Of a DNA stretch of 42,641 nucleotides, positions 1 to 7,473 are shown piece after piece. Origin of the DNA: a virus (Duplodnaviria > Caudoviricetes); IMG/VR virus record IMGVR_UViG_3300022719_000227, positions 1 through 42,641 of that record; one strand, written 5' to 3'. The notes below the pieces were generated by a model. It had not been told where the DNA came from. It worked only from the letters and a program-made list of their open reading frames with translations, and made no database searches. Numbering within the stretch: the stretch's first letter is position 1; each line of letters begins with the position of its first letter. The translations under genes and the position numbers were made by a program.

Positions 1-127
1 CCCAACCAGTGCATCGCGTCGGTGTGCTCGAGCGCGCCTTCGTCCAGTGCGGCGGCGACCCAGGGCTCCGGAGGACAGTCCTCGGGATCCGTCGCCACCG
101 GCAACCGGCCCCACCGGTGCAAATTGC
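1..127. repeat. Terminal overlap identical to 42515-42641 (circular contig; unit length about 42514 bp)
   Basis: Exact 127-nt duplication of the window start at the window end; an ORF reads in frame across the junction. Confidence 0.97.
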
Positions 128-422
128 GCCACAGCGACGCACCGCACCGCGAATGCGCCGCCACGCCGATCGAGCACACCAGCGCCGACGGCGGGCCGTC
201 ATGATAGACCGACAATACCAGGCATTTTCTCGATGCCCGCCCGGTCACCGAATACGGCCCAACTTCCGCGAAAGCCGAAAGCGAAACCGGCTCCGCCACA
301 TCGCCTGCGGCGACCCGCTCAATCAGCGGCTGCAGCGCTTGGATCGCGTCCTCAGAAACCTCGCCCGGGAGCGAATCCCGGGCGTGGCCTGTGGTGAGGG
401 TAATGTGGCGGATGTAGTTCAC
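1..422 (-). CDS. Hypothetical protein, 158 aa (MNYIRHITLTTGHARDSLPGEV...), 5' part; continues across the circular junction to 42460. Candidate anti-defence protein
   Basis: GTG at 422 overlaps the stop of the upstream gene (GTGA); open frame through position 1 into 42514-42460 ending ...CIAWAWLRAIGDE*; missed by the ORF track because it wraps. Confidence 0.8.
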   Translation of the reverse strand, partial: MNYIRHITLTTGHARDSLPGEVSEDAIQALQPLIERVAAGDVAEPVSLSAFAEVGPYSVTGRASRKCLVLSVYHDGPPSALVCSIGVAAHSRCGASLWRNLHRWGRLPVATDPEDCPPEPWVAAALDEGALEHTDAMHWL

Positions 423-1066
423 TTGATCTCGTCCTCGATGGCTTCGACGATGCCGGCCAGAGCTTCGCCGCGTATCCACTCGCCCGAGTACACCTCGCCG
501 TCGTTCATGTCTACGCAGGCTTCTTCGTCGCCGAGGTGTTCCTGGATCGCTCGATTGACGGCATCCTCGTCGTGGCCGGCAACCAGTGCTAGCATGCGTT
601 CAGCAGCGCTATTGCTGCGTACCCATGCTTCCGATTTTTCGTCGGCGGCCTCGTATTCGGTCGAGGTCAGCCCCTGCTCGCCTGTCTCTCTGTTTTGCGC
701 CCAGGAATCGGTGATTCTGTACTGACCACAGTGAGCGCAGACCTCGGTGACTACGACGCCGCCGCCTTTGCCCCATACGCCGGGGTTTTCTTTGAGGCCG
801 CCAAGGACCTCATACGGTGACTGCCAGTCGTGCCCGTCGTCGTGAGAGCAGTCGGGCTCTTGCGGTTCGATGGCGATGGTGTGAACGTTGCGTTCACCGA
901 TTTCCTCGCCGTCGGGACCGATCTGCTGGACATACACGGTGATCCAGGACGTGCTTTCGATTGGATTCCAATCGCCGTCGTCCACGTATTCTTGGGCGGC
1001 TTCGAGGGCCGTTTCAGCCCGTATTTCTATTTCGGCGTTGCCGTCATCGCAAAGGTAGCGATTCAT
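419..1066 (-). CDS. Highly acidic 215-aa protein with Cys/His Zn-like motif; candidate anti-CRISPR (AcrIC4-like C-terminus)
   Basis: AGGAG RBS and strong promoter upstream; about 49 D/E vs about 13 K/R by hand count; CSHDDGH...CAHC; first gene of an operon ending in a small HTH gene. Confidence 0.6.
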   Translation of the reverse strand: MNRYLCDDGNAEIEIRAETALEAAQEYVDDGDWNPIESTSWITVYVQQIGPDGEEIGERNVHTIAIEPQEPDCSHDDGHDWQSPYEVLGGLKENPGVWGKGGGVVVTEVCAHCGQYRITDSWAQNRETGEQGLTSTEYEAADEKSEAWVRSNSAAERMLALVAGHDEDAVNRAIQEHLGDEEACVDMNDGEVYSGEWIRGEALAGIVEAIEDEIK

Positions 1067-1103
1067 TTTGTATCTCCTGCCCCTGAACCCCCGAGGCGCG
1101 GGT

Positions 1104-1122
1104 CGTGATCTCTCTGATCACG
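1104..1122. promoter_or_regulatory. 7-bp inverted repeat CGTGATC-N5-GATCACG in the 5' UTR (hairpin or second operator)
   Basis: Perfect IR just downstream of the -10 box. Confidence 0.55.
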
Positions 1123-1127
1123 GTTAT

Positions 1128-1156
1128 ATATTACCCCAATGGGTCACCCATGTCAA
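1128..1156 (-). promoter_or_regulatory. Sigma70 promoter TTGACA-N17-TAATAT with palindromic operator ATGGGT-N-ACCCAT (1139-1151)
   Basis: Consensus -35 at 1156-1151, 17-bp spacer, -10 at 1133-1128; inverted repeat lies in the spacer. Confidence 0.85.
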
Positions 1157-1812
1157 GCCTTTTCGGGAAGATTTTCCCAGGCCGATTCCGGCGTCCCGAT
1201 TTCAGCGCATGGCACCGCGTCGTGCGGGTGCCAGTAAGGCGGGCGTATGCGCACCATCCTGCTGGCTTCCGGGTGCGGCAGGAAGCGATTCGAGCGGCCG
1301 TCCAGGAACAAGGACTGATCTTGGTCGGTGGGATCGATCTCGATCCCCGTAACCCGACCGTGACCGTGCGCCCGCTTTTTGCCCAGGTAGCGGATCTGCT
1401 TGAGGGCCTTGCGCAGGTCCTTGCGGTGCCCGACCGCGTAGCCGACCATGCGCCGGCACAGCAGCAGCGGCAGCGGCATCTGCCAATCCCGGTAGGTGCC
1501 CATTTGGGTGTTCGGTGCGCCGGTCGAAATCTCGCAGCGGCTCTGGCGGAACCGCTTGCGCCAGTACCAGACGGATTCACCCTGCGGGCCTTCCGGCAGG
1601 AGGGCCGATGCATGGTGGACCCGCCGGCCGCAAAACTCTGATTGCTTGATCGGCAGGCGCACGTCATCGGGCTGCATGGATCGGTTGATGTGACGGATGC
1701 CTTGCATCGGTGCGAGCACCCAGGCGACCAGCGAATCGATGTGGATGGGCTCGGCGGGGTCGAAATACACGCCGGTGCCGTCGAGGTGGAAGGTGATCTG
1801 GTAGCTGTTCAT
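1153..1812 (-). CDS. csf3: Type IV CRISPR-associated Csf3 (Cas5-family RAMP)
   Basis: PIHIDSLVAW, LPI...HASA, YWRKRF, G-rich loop YLGKKRAHGHGRV, C-terminal RPPYWHP; ATGA-coupled to the CysH-like gene. Confidence 0.88.
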   Translation of the reverse strand: MNSYQITFHLDGTGVYFDPAEPIHIDSLVAWVLAPMQGIRHINRSMQPDDVRLPIKQSEFCGRRVHHASALLPEGPQGESVWYWRKRFRQSRCEISTGAPNTQMGTYRDWQMPLPLLLCRRMVGYAVGHRKDLRKALKQIRYLGKKRAHGHGRVTGIEIDPTDQDQSLFLDGRSNRFLPHPEASRMVRIRPPYWHPHDAVPCAEIGTPESAWENLPEKA

Positions 1813-2555
1813 GAGAGCCTCGTTTCAGGAAACCGGTTGGTGATCCGGTGCGCGGCCGGGGCCGTGAAGCGCGCAAGCGCCATCGCGCCCTCTCGTGCCG
1901 CAGTCTTTGTCAGCCGGGCGGTGGTGCGCTGTGTGAGTCCGTATTTCTTGTAGATCGACAGCAGCGGCAGATCGTGGCGGACAATGTAGGCGGCCAGGTC
2001 GTCAATTCCCCAGCGCATGATCGGGCAGCCGCGGTATTTGCCATCCTTGTACCGGTAGATGGTCGGATGCGCATTGCGCTGCTTTACACCCTGGGCAAGC
2101 GTGATGCGGCGCGGGCGGCTTTCGTCCATCGCCAGGCCCCATAGCCATCCGTCCCACTCATCCCGCGGGCACATCTGTTGCAGGTCCTGATCGCCGGCAT
2201 CACGTGATTCTTTCCAGCTTGCGGCGCCGGCCATACGGTCGGTCTGGACGATGGTCAGGCGCGGGCGAAATCGCGAGCAGTATTCGTCGACCACGCGTTC
2301 GTAGTCGTGCAGGTCCCAGGTCTCTGAGCTGGCCAGGAAGTACATCGGGATGTCGGGCCGGATCCGCTGCGCCATGTGCGCGACGATGATCGACTGCTTG
2401 CCGAACGACAGCGACACGTAGCAGCGTGGCGCGATATCCAGGAGCGCCCGGATTCCTTCCAGCGCGTAGTCGACGGCGCGGCGGTGGCGGGGCGACTTGC
2501 CGTGCAGCCTGCCAATTGCCACCTGCTCGGAGAAATTGCTTACTTCCGCAGGCAC
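1809..2555 (-). CDS. cysH: CysH-like PAPS-reductase-family (adenine nucleotide alpha hydrolase) protein of type IV-B
   Basis: YVSLSFGKQS (PP-loop variant of SGGKDS), WGLAMDESRPRR, CPIMRWGIDDLAAYIVRHDLPLLSIY; GTG start at 2555 with GGAGGAG RBS. Confidence 0.85.
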   Translation of the reverse strand: MPAEVSNFSEQVAIGRLHGKSPRHRRAVDYALEGIRALLDIAPRCYVSLSFGKQSIIVAHMAQRIRPDIPMYFLASSETWDLHDYERVVDEYCSRFRPRLTIVQTDRMAGAASWKESRDAGDQDLQQMCPRDEWDGWLWGLAMDESRPRRITLAQGVKQRNAHPTIYRYKDGKYRGCPIMRWGIDDLAAYIVRHDLPLLSIYKKYGLTQRTTARLTKTAAREGAMALARFTAPAAHRITNRFPETRLS

Positions 2556-3235
2556 TTCAACTCCTCCGCGCTGGGCAGCAGGTAACACAGGAATTGGTAC
2601 AGCGCCGATTCCATCCGCGGCCGCGCCCACTGCACGAATTCCTGGGACGGCGCCATGCCGATCTTGGCGATCAGGTGCGGCTCGGGGTCGGCGGTCTCCA
2701 GTACCGGGCGGGGTATGCCCGCGTCTTGCCATGCACGCAGCGCCGACCACATCGATTCAAGCGCGGCGGTATCCGAGCAATCGACAATCCTCGTCTCCCA
2801 GAGCCACCGACCCGGGCCGGGCGCGTTGACCGGCGCCAGCATCGATCCGTGCTTTTTGTAGCTGGTCGTTGCGTACCCACTCCACGGCACTGACTCACCG
2901 CCGGCCAGCACGCGTTCGCGCACTGCGACCCGATCCAGCGGCGTGACGGCCTGGGCAGTGACCACCCAGGACGACATGCGTTCCGGCCGGTAATCCCGCT
3001 TCTTTCCGGGCGGTCGGTGGCCATACATCCACGCGCACCATGCGGCGACGCCAACCCGATCCGAGTCAGGCCGTGCCAGCAGGTCCCACTGGGTGAAGGT
3101 CGACCCGAGCAGGTGCTTGGCTGCAATCGTCTGGCATTCTCGCCCCGTGATCGCGCAGACGCCCGGGGCTTCCGGCTCTGGCAGCTGCGGCGCCTCGGCG
3201 CCGACGGCCGCTGCCCAAAGATCGACGCAGTGCAT
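2540..3235 (-). CDS. csf1: Type IV CRISPR-associated Csf1 (Cas8-like large subunit)
   Basis: N-terminal CAITG...C Zn-like remnant, YATTSYKKHG motif followed by PVN; position between csf2 and cysH/csf3. Confidence 0.75.
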   Translation of the reverse strand: MHCVDLWAAAVGAEAPQLPEPEAPGVCAITGRECQTIAAKHLLGSTFTQWDLLARPDSDRVGVAAWCAWMYGHRPPGKKRDYRPERMSSWVVTAQAVTPLDRVAVRERVLAGGESVPWSGYATTSYKKHGSMLAPVNAPGPGRWLWETRIVDCSDTAALESMWSALRAWQDAGIPRPVLETADPEPHLIAKIGMAPSQEFVQWARPRMESALYQFLCYLLPSAEELKCLRK

Positions 3236-4449
3236 CAGTCTTTACCGGCCAGCGCGCCGAGACGGGTGAGAAAGTCCAGGATGTCCCGCTTGCGGTCGGA
3301 CAGAAACGCGTCATACGGTCCCGGATCTTGCTCCGGCGCCATTTCGACCGCGATCTTGCCCAGGCCCCTGCGCGTCTCCGCGCCGAGTCGGCCGCGCTCC
3401 TTGAGCAGTGCAAGGCCCCTGGCGAGGCAGGCGCGCTCGATTTCGTTGGCGTGGTCATCGATGTCAATGCCTCCGCGCAGCACCGTGCCGGGCTTGAGTA
3501 TTTCCGTCTCGGCGATCATCTGTGACGTGCTGTCGTCCTCCTGGCGGCCCTCGAAGTCGTCCTTCCGGGTCAGGAATTCCCAGGCCATCAGGTCACCGGC
3601 GCGCTGGCTCCCGCCGCTCCATTCGACGCACTCCGGGCGGAGGTCGCCGACATAGATCCGGCCGGCGATCACGCGGTTGCCGATCGCCGTGCCGAGTGTG
3701 GACAGCAGCGGAATATGGTCCCGCAGTTCGCGCATGCCCTCGGTGCGAATCGCTCCAGACTTGCCGAGGTTGGCCTCGGCCTTGCTGGCCGCGCCCTCGA
3801 GTACCCCGCCGGAGTACAGAACATGGAACGCCCAGAGCTCCACGACCGGCTTGCTGCGGCTGGGCGTCAGGCCGAGCGCACGCAGGAAATGATCGGCGAG
3901 CAGGTCCCGGAGCTGGCCACGCAATGCGTTGCCGGCATACACCGGCAGATGGAGATGGCGCCCACTGGCGGTGATTACAGAGCGCCGCCGGAAAAGCGTG
4001 GCGTTTCCGGCCTTCTGATCGCCGCCGTGCGCCAGCCCGCTAAGGCACTCCACGGTCAGCGCGACGTCATAGGCTGGTGTATCGCCGACCGTAGACTGAT
4101 CTGACGAGTCGATCTCGGGGAGCTCAATCGCGTCGATCGCATCCGTGAGGTCGCCGTCATCCTTCATCGTCGCCAGCATGGCCACGAACTTCGGATGGGT
4201 GCGCATCCAGGCCAGGATCGCTTGCGCCTTCGGGCCGGTGGCTTCGCTCATGAATGCCGCCAGCCGTTTGCCGCCGACGTATTCGACCGATGCATCCATC
4301 GACTGCGCCAGCCGCTCGACCGCATCGACCAGCGTCGGCTGGCTGACCGCGCGGACAATCCGGTCTGCGACGTAGCCGCTGAAATTGCGCTTGGGCTCAT
4401 GCCCGGCGGAGCGGGCGACGGAACGTATCATTTCAATCGTTGCTTTCAT
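3235..4449 (-). CDS. csf2: Csf2 (Cas7-family RAMP) with about 123-aa N-terminal helical domain (probable Cas11 fusion)
   Basis: LSGLAHGG...GNATLFRR, LPVYAGNALRGQLRD, LYSGGVL, PLLSTLGTAIGNRVIAGRIYVGD, TRKDD, QMIAETEILKPGT, G-loop LGAETRRGLGKI; start 4449 after AGGAGG. Confidence 0.9.
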   Translation of the reverse strand: MKATIEMIRSVARSAGHEPKRNFSGYVADRIVRAVSQPTLVDAVERLAQSMDASVEYVGGKRLAAFMSEATGPKAQAILAWMRTHPKFVAMLATMKDDGDLTDAIDAIELPEIDSSDQSTVGDTPAYDVALTVECLSGLAHGGDQKAGNATLFRRRSVITASGRHLHLPVYAGNALRGQLRDLLADHFLRALGLTPSRSKPVVELWAFHVLYSGGVLEGAASKAEANLGKSGAIRTEGMRELRDHIPLLSTLGTAIGNRVIAGRIYVGDLRPECVEWSGGSQRAGDLMAWEFLTRKDDFEGRQEDDSTSQMIAETEILKPGTVLRGGIDIDDHANEIERACLARGLALLKERGRLGAETRRGLGKIAVEMAPEQDPGPYDAFLSDRKRDILDFLTRLGALAGKD

Positions 4450-4633
4450 CAGCTTTTCCTCCTGATCGAGGTCGCAGCGCGACCGGAATAAAAATCCACC
4501 GCTTGCAGCGGCACTTGGCCTCGAACCATCCGTCATCCCGGACGCGCAGCACGCGCGAGCGCACGACTTCGCCGTCCCAGATCCGGAAGCCGCATTCGCA
4601 TTGGATCGGTTCGCTGGGCCGGGGTTCGCTCAC
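4433..4633 (-). CDS. 66-aa zinc-ribbon protein, Mu Com-like
   Basis: IQCECG...EAKCRCKRW; GTGA-coupled to gpF and overlapping the csf2 start. Confidence 0.6.
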   Translation of the reverse strand: MSEPRPSEPIQCECGFRIWDGEVVRSRVLRVRDDGWFEAKCRCKRWIFIPVALRPRSGGKADESND

Positions 4634-5739
4634 GGCATGAACTCCTGCGGGATGTCGATGTTCTTGCGCTGGAGTTTGGGGACGATCTTCTTCCAGGGCG
4701 TCTCGATCTGGCGCGGGTCCAGCAGGCCCTGGCGCCAGGCCCAGCCCTTGGCCTTGCCGTCGAGCACGCCGTTTTGCTGCTCGGGTGTCAGGCCGTTTAT
4801 GAAGTCGGTCATCGATTCTCGGCCGGCGCGGTCTTCGTCGGTGATTTCGTCGACGAACACCGGCTCGAGGTAGCTAAACGTGTTGGGGTGCGCCGGCCAG
4901 GGGTGGTTGTCGATCGGGTACACGCCGGGGCCCAGGCCGTGGCGGTTGGCGCTGGCGTGCATGTCGCAGATGTCGAATTTCGGGTGCCGCGGGCTGAGGA
5001 CGAAGCGCACGGCGACCACGTCCGGGTGCTGCGCTGCAGCGCGAACCGATGCCTCCCCGAAGGCCCTATTGATTTCGGTTCGAAAAACCCGCTCGGCCTG
5101 GAAGAGCGGATTCATCTTTCCGGTCAGCAGTGCGTTGCCCGCGCGCTCCTGAATATTGCGAATCGCCGCCAGGCCTTGCTTGCTGAGCAGGTCAGCAGGC
5201 ACCGGCTGGCCGTTGGTCACCAAGCGGCGCGCCGCCTGACTGGCCGAATGGCCCTGCACAATGGCGTTCTGGACCGCCTCGCGAACAACCTCTCGCGCAC
5301 CTCGATCGATGCGCCACAGCCGGTCCGATAGCTGCAGGCCGTTGGCGTCGCGAAACTCCTCCAGAAACCGGACCGTCTCCTGGCGTAACCCGGCGATATC
5401 GAGCCCCACGTCTACCTGGCCCATCCACGGATTAACCGCAACCACCGCAGCCTCGTCGATCTGCCCGCTGAGGAATTCGGATGTCTCGCGATTTAGGCGC
5501 CGCAGCCGGTCATCAATGACCCGGCCAGCAGCATCTAGGTTCTCGATCGGGATCCTCCCCTCCGAATCTGCTAGGCGCTCCAGCGCGGCCTGGATCTCCT
5601 CGAGCGCCTGGCGATGCATCACCTCCAGCTCCCGGGCTGCCTCGGCCATTCGCCGTTCCAGCGCAGCCGCTGCCTGCTTTTGCCCCCGCCGAATCTGGCG
5701 GCCCCGTGCGTTGGTGGTGCCTAAGTTCTCGCCTGCCAT
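4630..5739 (-). CDS. Minor head morphogenesis protein (Mu gpF / SPP1 gp7-like)
   Basis: ERVFRTEINRA, CDMHA...GLGPGVYP...PWPAHPN; follows the portal gene. Confidence 0.85.
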   Translation of the reverse strand: MAGENLGTTNARGRQIRRGQKQAAAALERRMAEAARELEVMHRQALEEIQAALERLADSEGRIPIENLDAAGRVIDDRLRRLNRETSEFLSGQIDEAAVVAVNPWMGQVDVGLDIAGLRQETVRFLEEFRDANGLQLSDRLWRIDRGAREVVREAVQNAIVQGHSASQAARRLVTNGQPVPADLLSKQGLAAIRNIQERAGNALLTGKMNPLFQAERVFRTEINRAFGEASVRAAAQHPDVVAVRFVLSPRHPKFDICDMHASANRHGLGPGVYPIDNHPWPAHPNTFSYLEPVFVDEITDEDRAGRESMTDFINGLTPEQQNGVLDGKAKGWAWRQGLLDPRQIETPWKKIVPKLQRKNIDIPQEFMP

Positions 5740-5883
5740 TTATCGCACCTCGTCAGGCATCGGGCGGCGGAATCCAGAAAAGCGCATACCTGCGGCCTGC
5801 GCGGCCTGTCGCTCCACCGCCCGCGCCGCCTCGCGCTGCGCGCGCCGGATGATCCGGCCGATGCTGTTTGAGTCGTCAGGCAT
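5740..5883 (-). CDS. Hypothetical protein, 47 aa
   Basis: ATG 5883 overlaps the upstream ORF; stop abuts the gpF start. Confidence 0.5.
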   Translation of the reverse strand: MPDDSNSIGRIIRRAQREAARAVERQAAQAAGMRFSGFRRPMPDEVR

Positions 5884-6064
5884 CGTCTCGATCGATTGGT
5901 GATTTCCATCTGCGCACCGGCAAGTACCGGCGCAACATGTCCCAAACAAACCAACGCATGGGGTGCTCCCGGCAGTGCTTCAATGTGCGTAGCTGCCGGT
6001 TGACTGCATGGAAATCCGGCAGTCGACCGCACCACTCGGTAAGGTTCATTTCTCTCGTGTCCAT
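5876..6064 (-). CDS. Hypothetical protein, 62 aa
   Basis: Fills the gap after portal; GAAGG RBS. Confidence 0.55.
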   Translation of the reverse strand: MDTREMNLTEWCGRLPDFHAVNRQLRTLKHCREHPMRWFVWDMLRRYLPVRRWKSPIDRDDA

Positions 6065-6087
6065 CGCCTTCTCGGCGGCTGCGGCGT

Positions 6088-7473
6088 TTAATCAGTGCTG
6101 ATCGTCGTCCCGCTGTCGCCCTTGCGCTCATTGCCCGGCGTGATGCTGACCCGGGGTGCGCCAGACGGCGCCGGGCGGCCGGGGTCGTTTCCGGGATACG
6201 GGTCGTCGTCGTCAGCTTCGGCCTCGCGCTGCTTGCGCACGGCGGCCGGGTCCAGCCCGGCGGATTCCCAGACCATGTCGGCCGGCACGCCCAGCGCCTG
6301 GTACTTGAGCGCCCGGTCGGCGCGCTGGTTTAGCGTTTCGGCGTGGCGCTCGGCGAATTCGATGCCGAATTCCCACTGATTCGGGTCGATGCCCTTGAGC
6401 AGCAGGTCGAGCCGGAAGCCGAATTCGTAGGCCTGGCCGGCGAGATCCTGGAGGCTGTCGAGCTCGTCGTACCAGTCGCGCTTGAGGTCTTCGAGGATGT
6501 CGCGGTTGAGCTCGTCGGCGTAGCCGAACAGGCCCTTCGGCGCCGGCGCGCCGGCGAAGAACGAATCCAGCAGGTGGGCGACGTCGGCAATCTGGTCGAG
6601 GTTGGCGTCGCCGTTAATGGGCTCGACCTTGGCCTTCTCGGTGTTGGTGTAGTAGTCGCGCCAGTTGCCCTCGGCCTGGTCCTGCTCGATGTCGGTGCGG
6701 TAGTTCTCGAGCTGCTCTTCCTCGTAGCCCGGCAGGTTGTGGTGCATGCGCTGCGGGGCGCGGGTGCGGCGGCGGATGACGAGGTCCTGTTCGGTCATCC
6801 GGAGTTTGTCCCACACGGTGCGCGTGGCGTCGAGGTAGGGCCTGCCGAGCGAGCCGTGGTCGTCGTAGTTGTCCGGGGTCAGCCGGGCCATGCTGAGCTG
6901 GTAGAGCGCGAACTCGGCCAGTTCTTCCCCGGTCATGGGGTTGACCTGTTTCCAGGCGCGCGCGGGGTCGATGAACCGGCCGGTGGTGTCGACCTGCGGG
7001 ATGAGCGTTTCAGTGGGCATGCGCACCGCACCCACCACCTCGGGCCGCTCGGTGCTCACGACCCATTGCAGCGGCAGGTTGCCTTCCATCATGAAGCCGC
7101 GCAGGTCGCTTTCGAGCTTCTCGCGCCGGTGCAGGTGCAGGCGGCGCTGGAACTGCTTCCAGTGGTTAATGAGCCGGGTGTTGCCGCTGGCGGTCTTGAG
7201 CCGCAGCCCGCCCTTGGCGGCCGAGCGCGCGGAGCGGACGTGGATCTTCTTCACCCGCGGGTCGACGCGGTCCATGTACCGGATGCGCAGGATGCTGCCG
7301 CGCAGCTCGAAGTCGACCAGGTCCATCGACGCGTACATGCGCCGGGCCCAGTTCTCGGCGTTGACGCGGCTGCCGCCTTCGCTGCCGGGCTGCGATTCGC
7401 CCGGCGCGCGTTCGTTGCGCGCGGCGGCCGGCGGTCGGCGCCGGAAGCGGGCCAGGAAATCTCGTAGTGCCAT
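6088..7473 (-). CDS. Portal protein
   Basis: 461 aa directly after terminase; SLGRPYLDA motif, phage-like codon usage. Confidence 0.85.
   Translation of the reverse strand: MALRDFLARFRRRPPAAARNERAPGESQPGSEGGSRVNAENWARRMYASMDLVDFELRGSILRIRYMDRVDPRVKKIHVRSARSAAKGGLRLKTASGNTRLINHWKQFQRRLHLHRREKLESDLRGFMMEGNLPLQWVVSTERPEVVGAVRMPTETLIPQVDTTGRFIDPARAWKQVNPMTGEELAEFALYQLSMARLTPDNYDDHGSLGRPYLDATRTVWDKLRMTEQDLVIRRRTRAPQRMHHNLPGYEEEQLENYRTDIEQDQAEGNWRDYYTNTEKAKVEPINGDANLDQIADVAHLLDSFFAGAPAPKGLFGYADELNRDILEDLKRDWYDELDSLQDLAGQAYEFGFRLDLLLKGIDPNQWEFGIEFAERHAETLNQRADRALKYQALGVPADMVWESAGLDPAAVRKQREAEADDDDPYPGNDPGRPAPSGAPRVSITPGNERKGDSGTTISTD

Noticed and set aside
1809-2555. Sulfur-assimilation auxiliary metabolic gene
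   Set aside because: Lacks the catalytic C-terminal ECGLH, has an altered PP-loop and is embedded between csf genes
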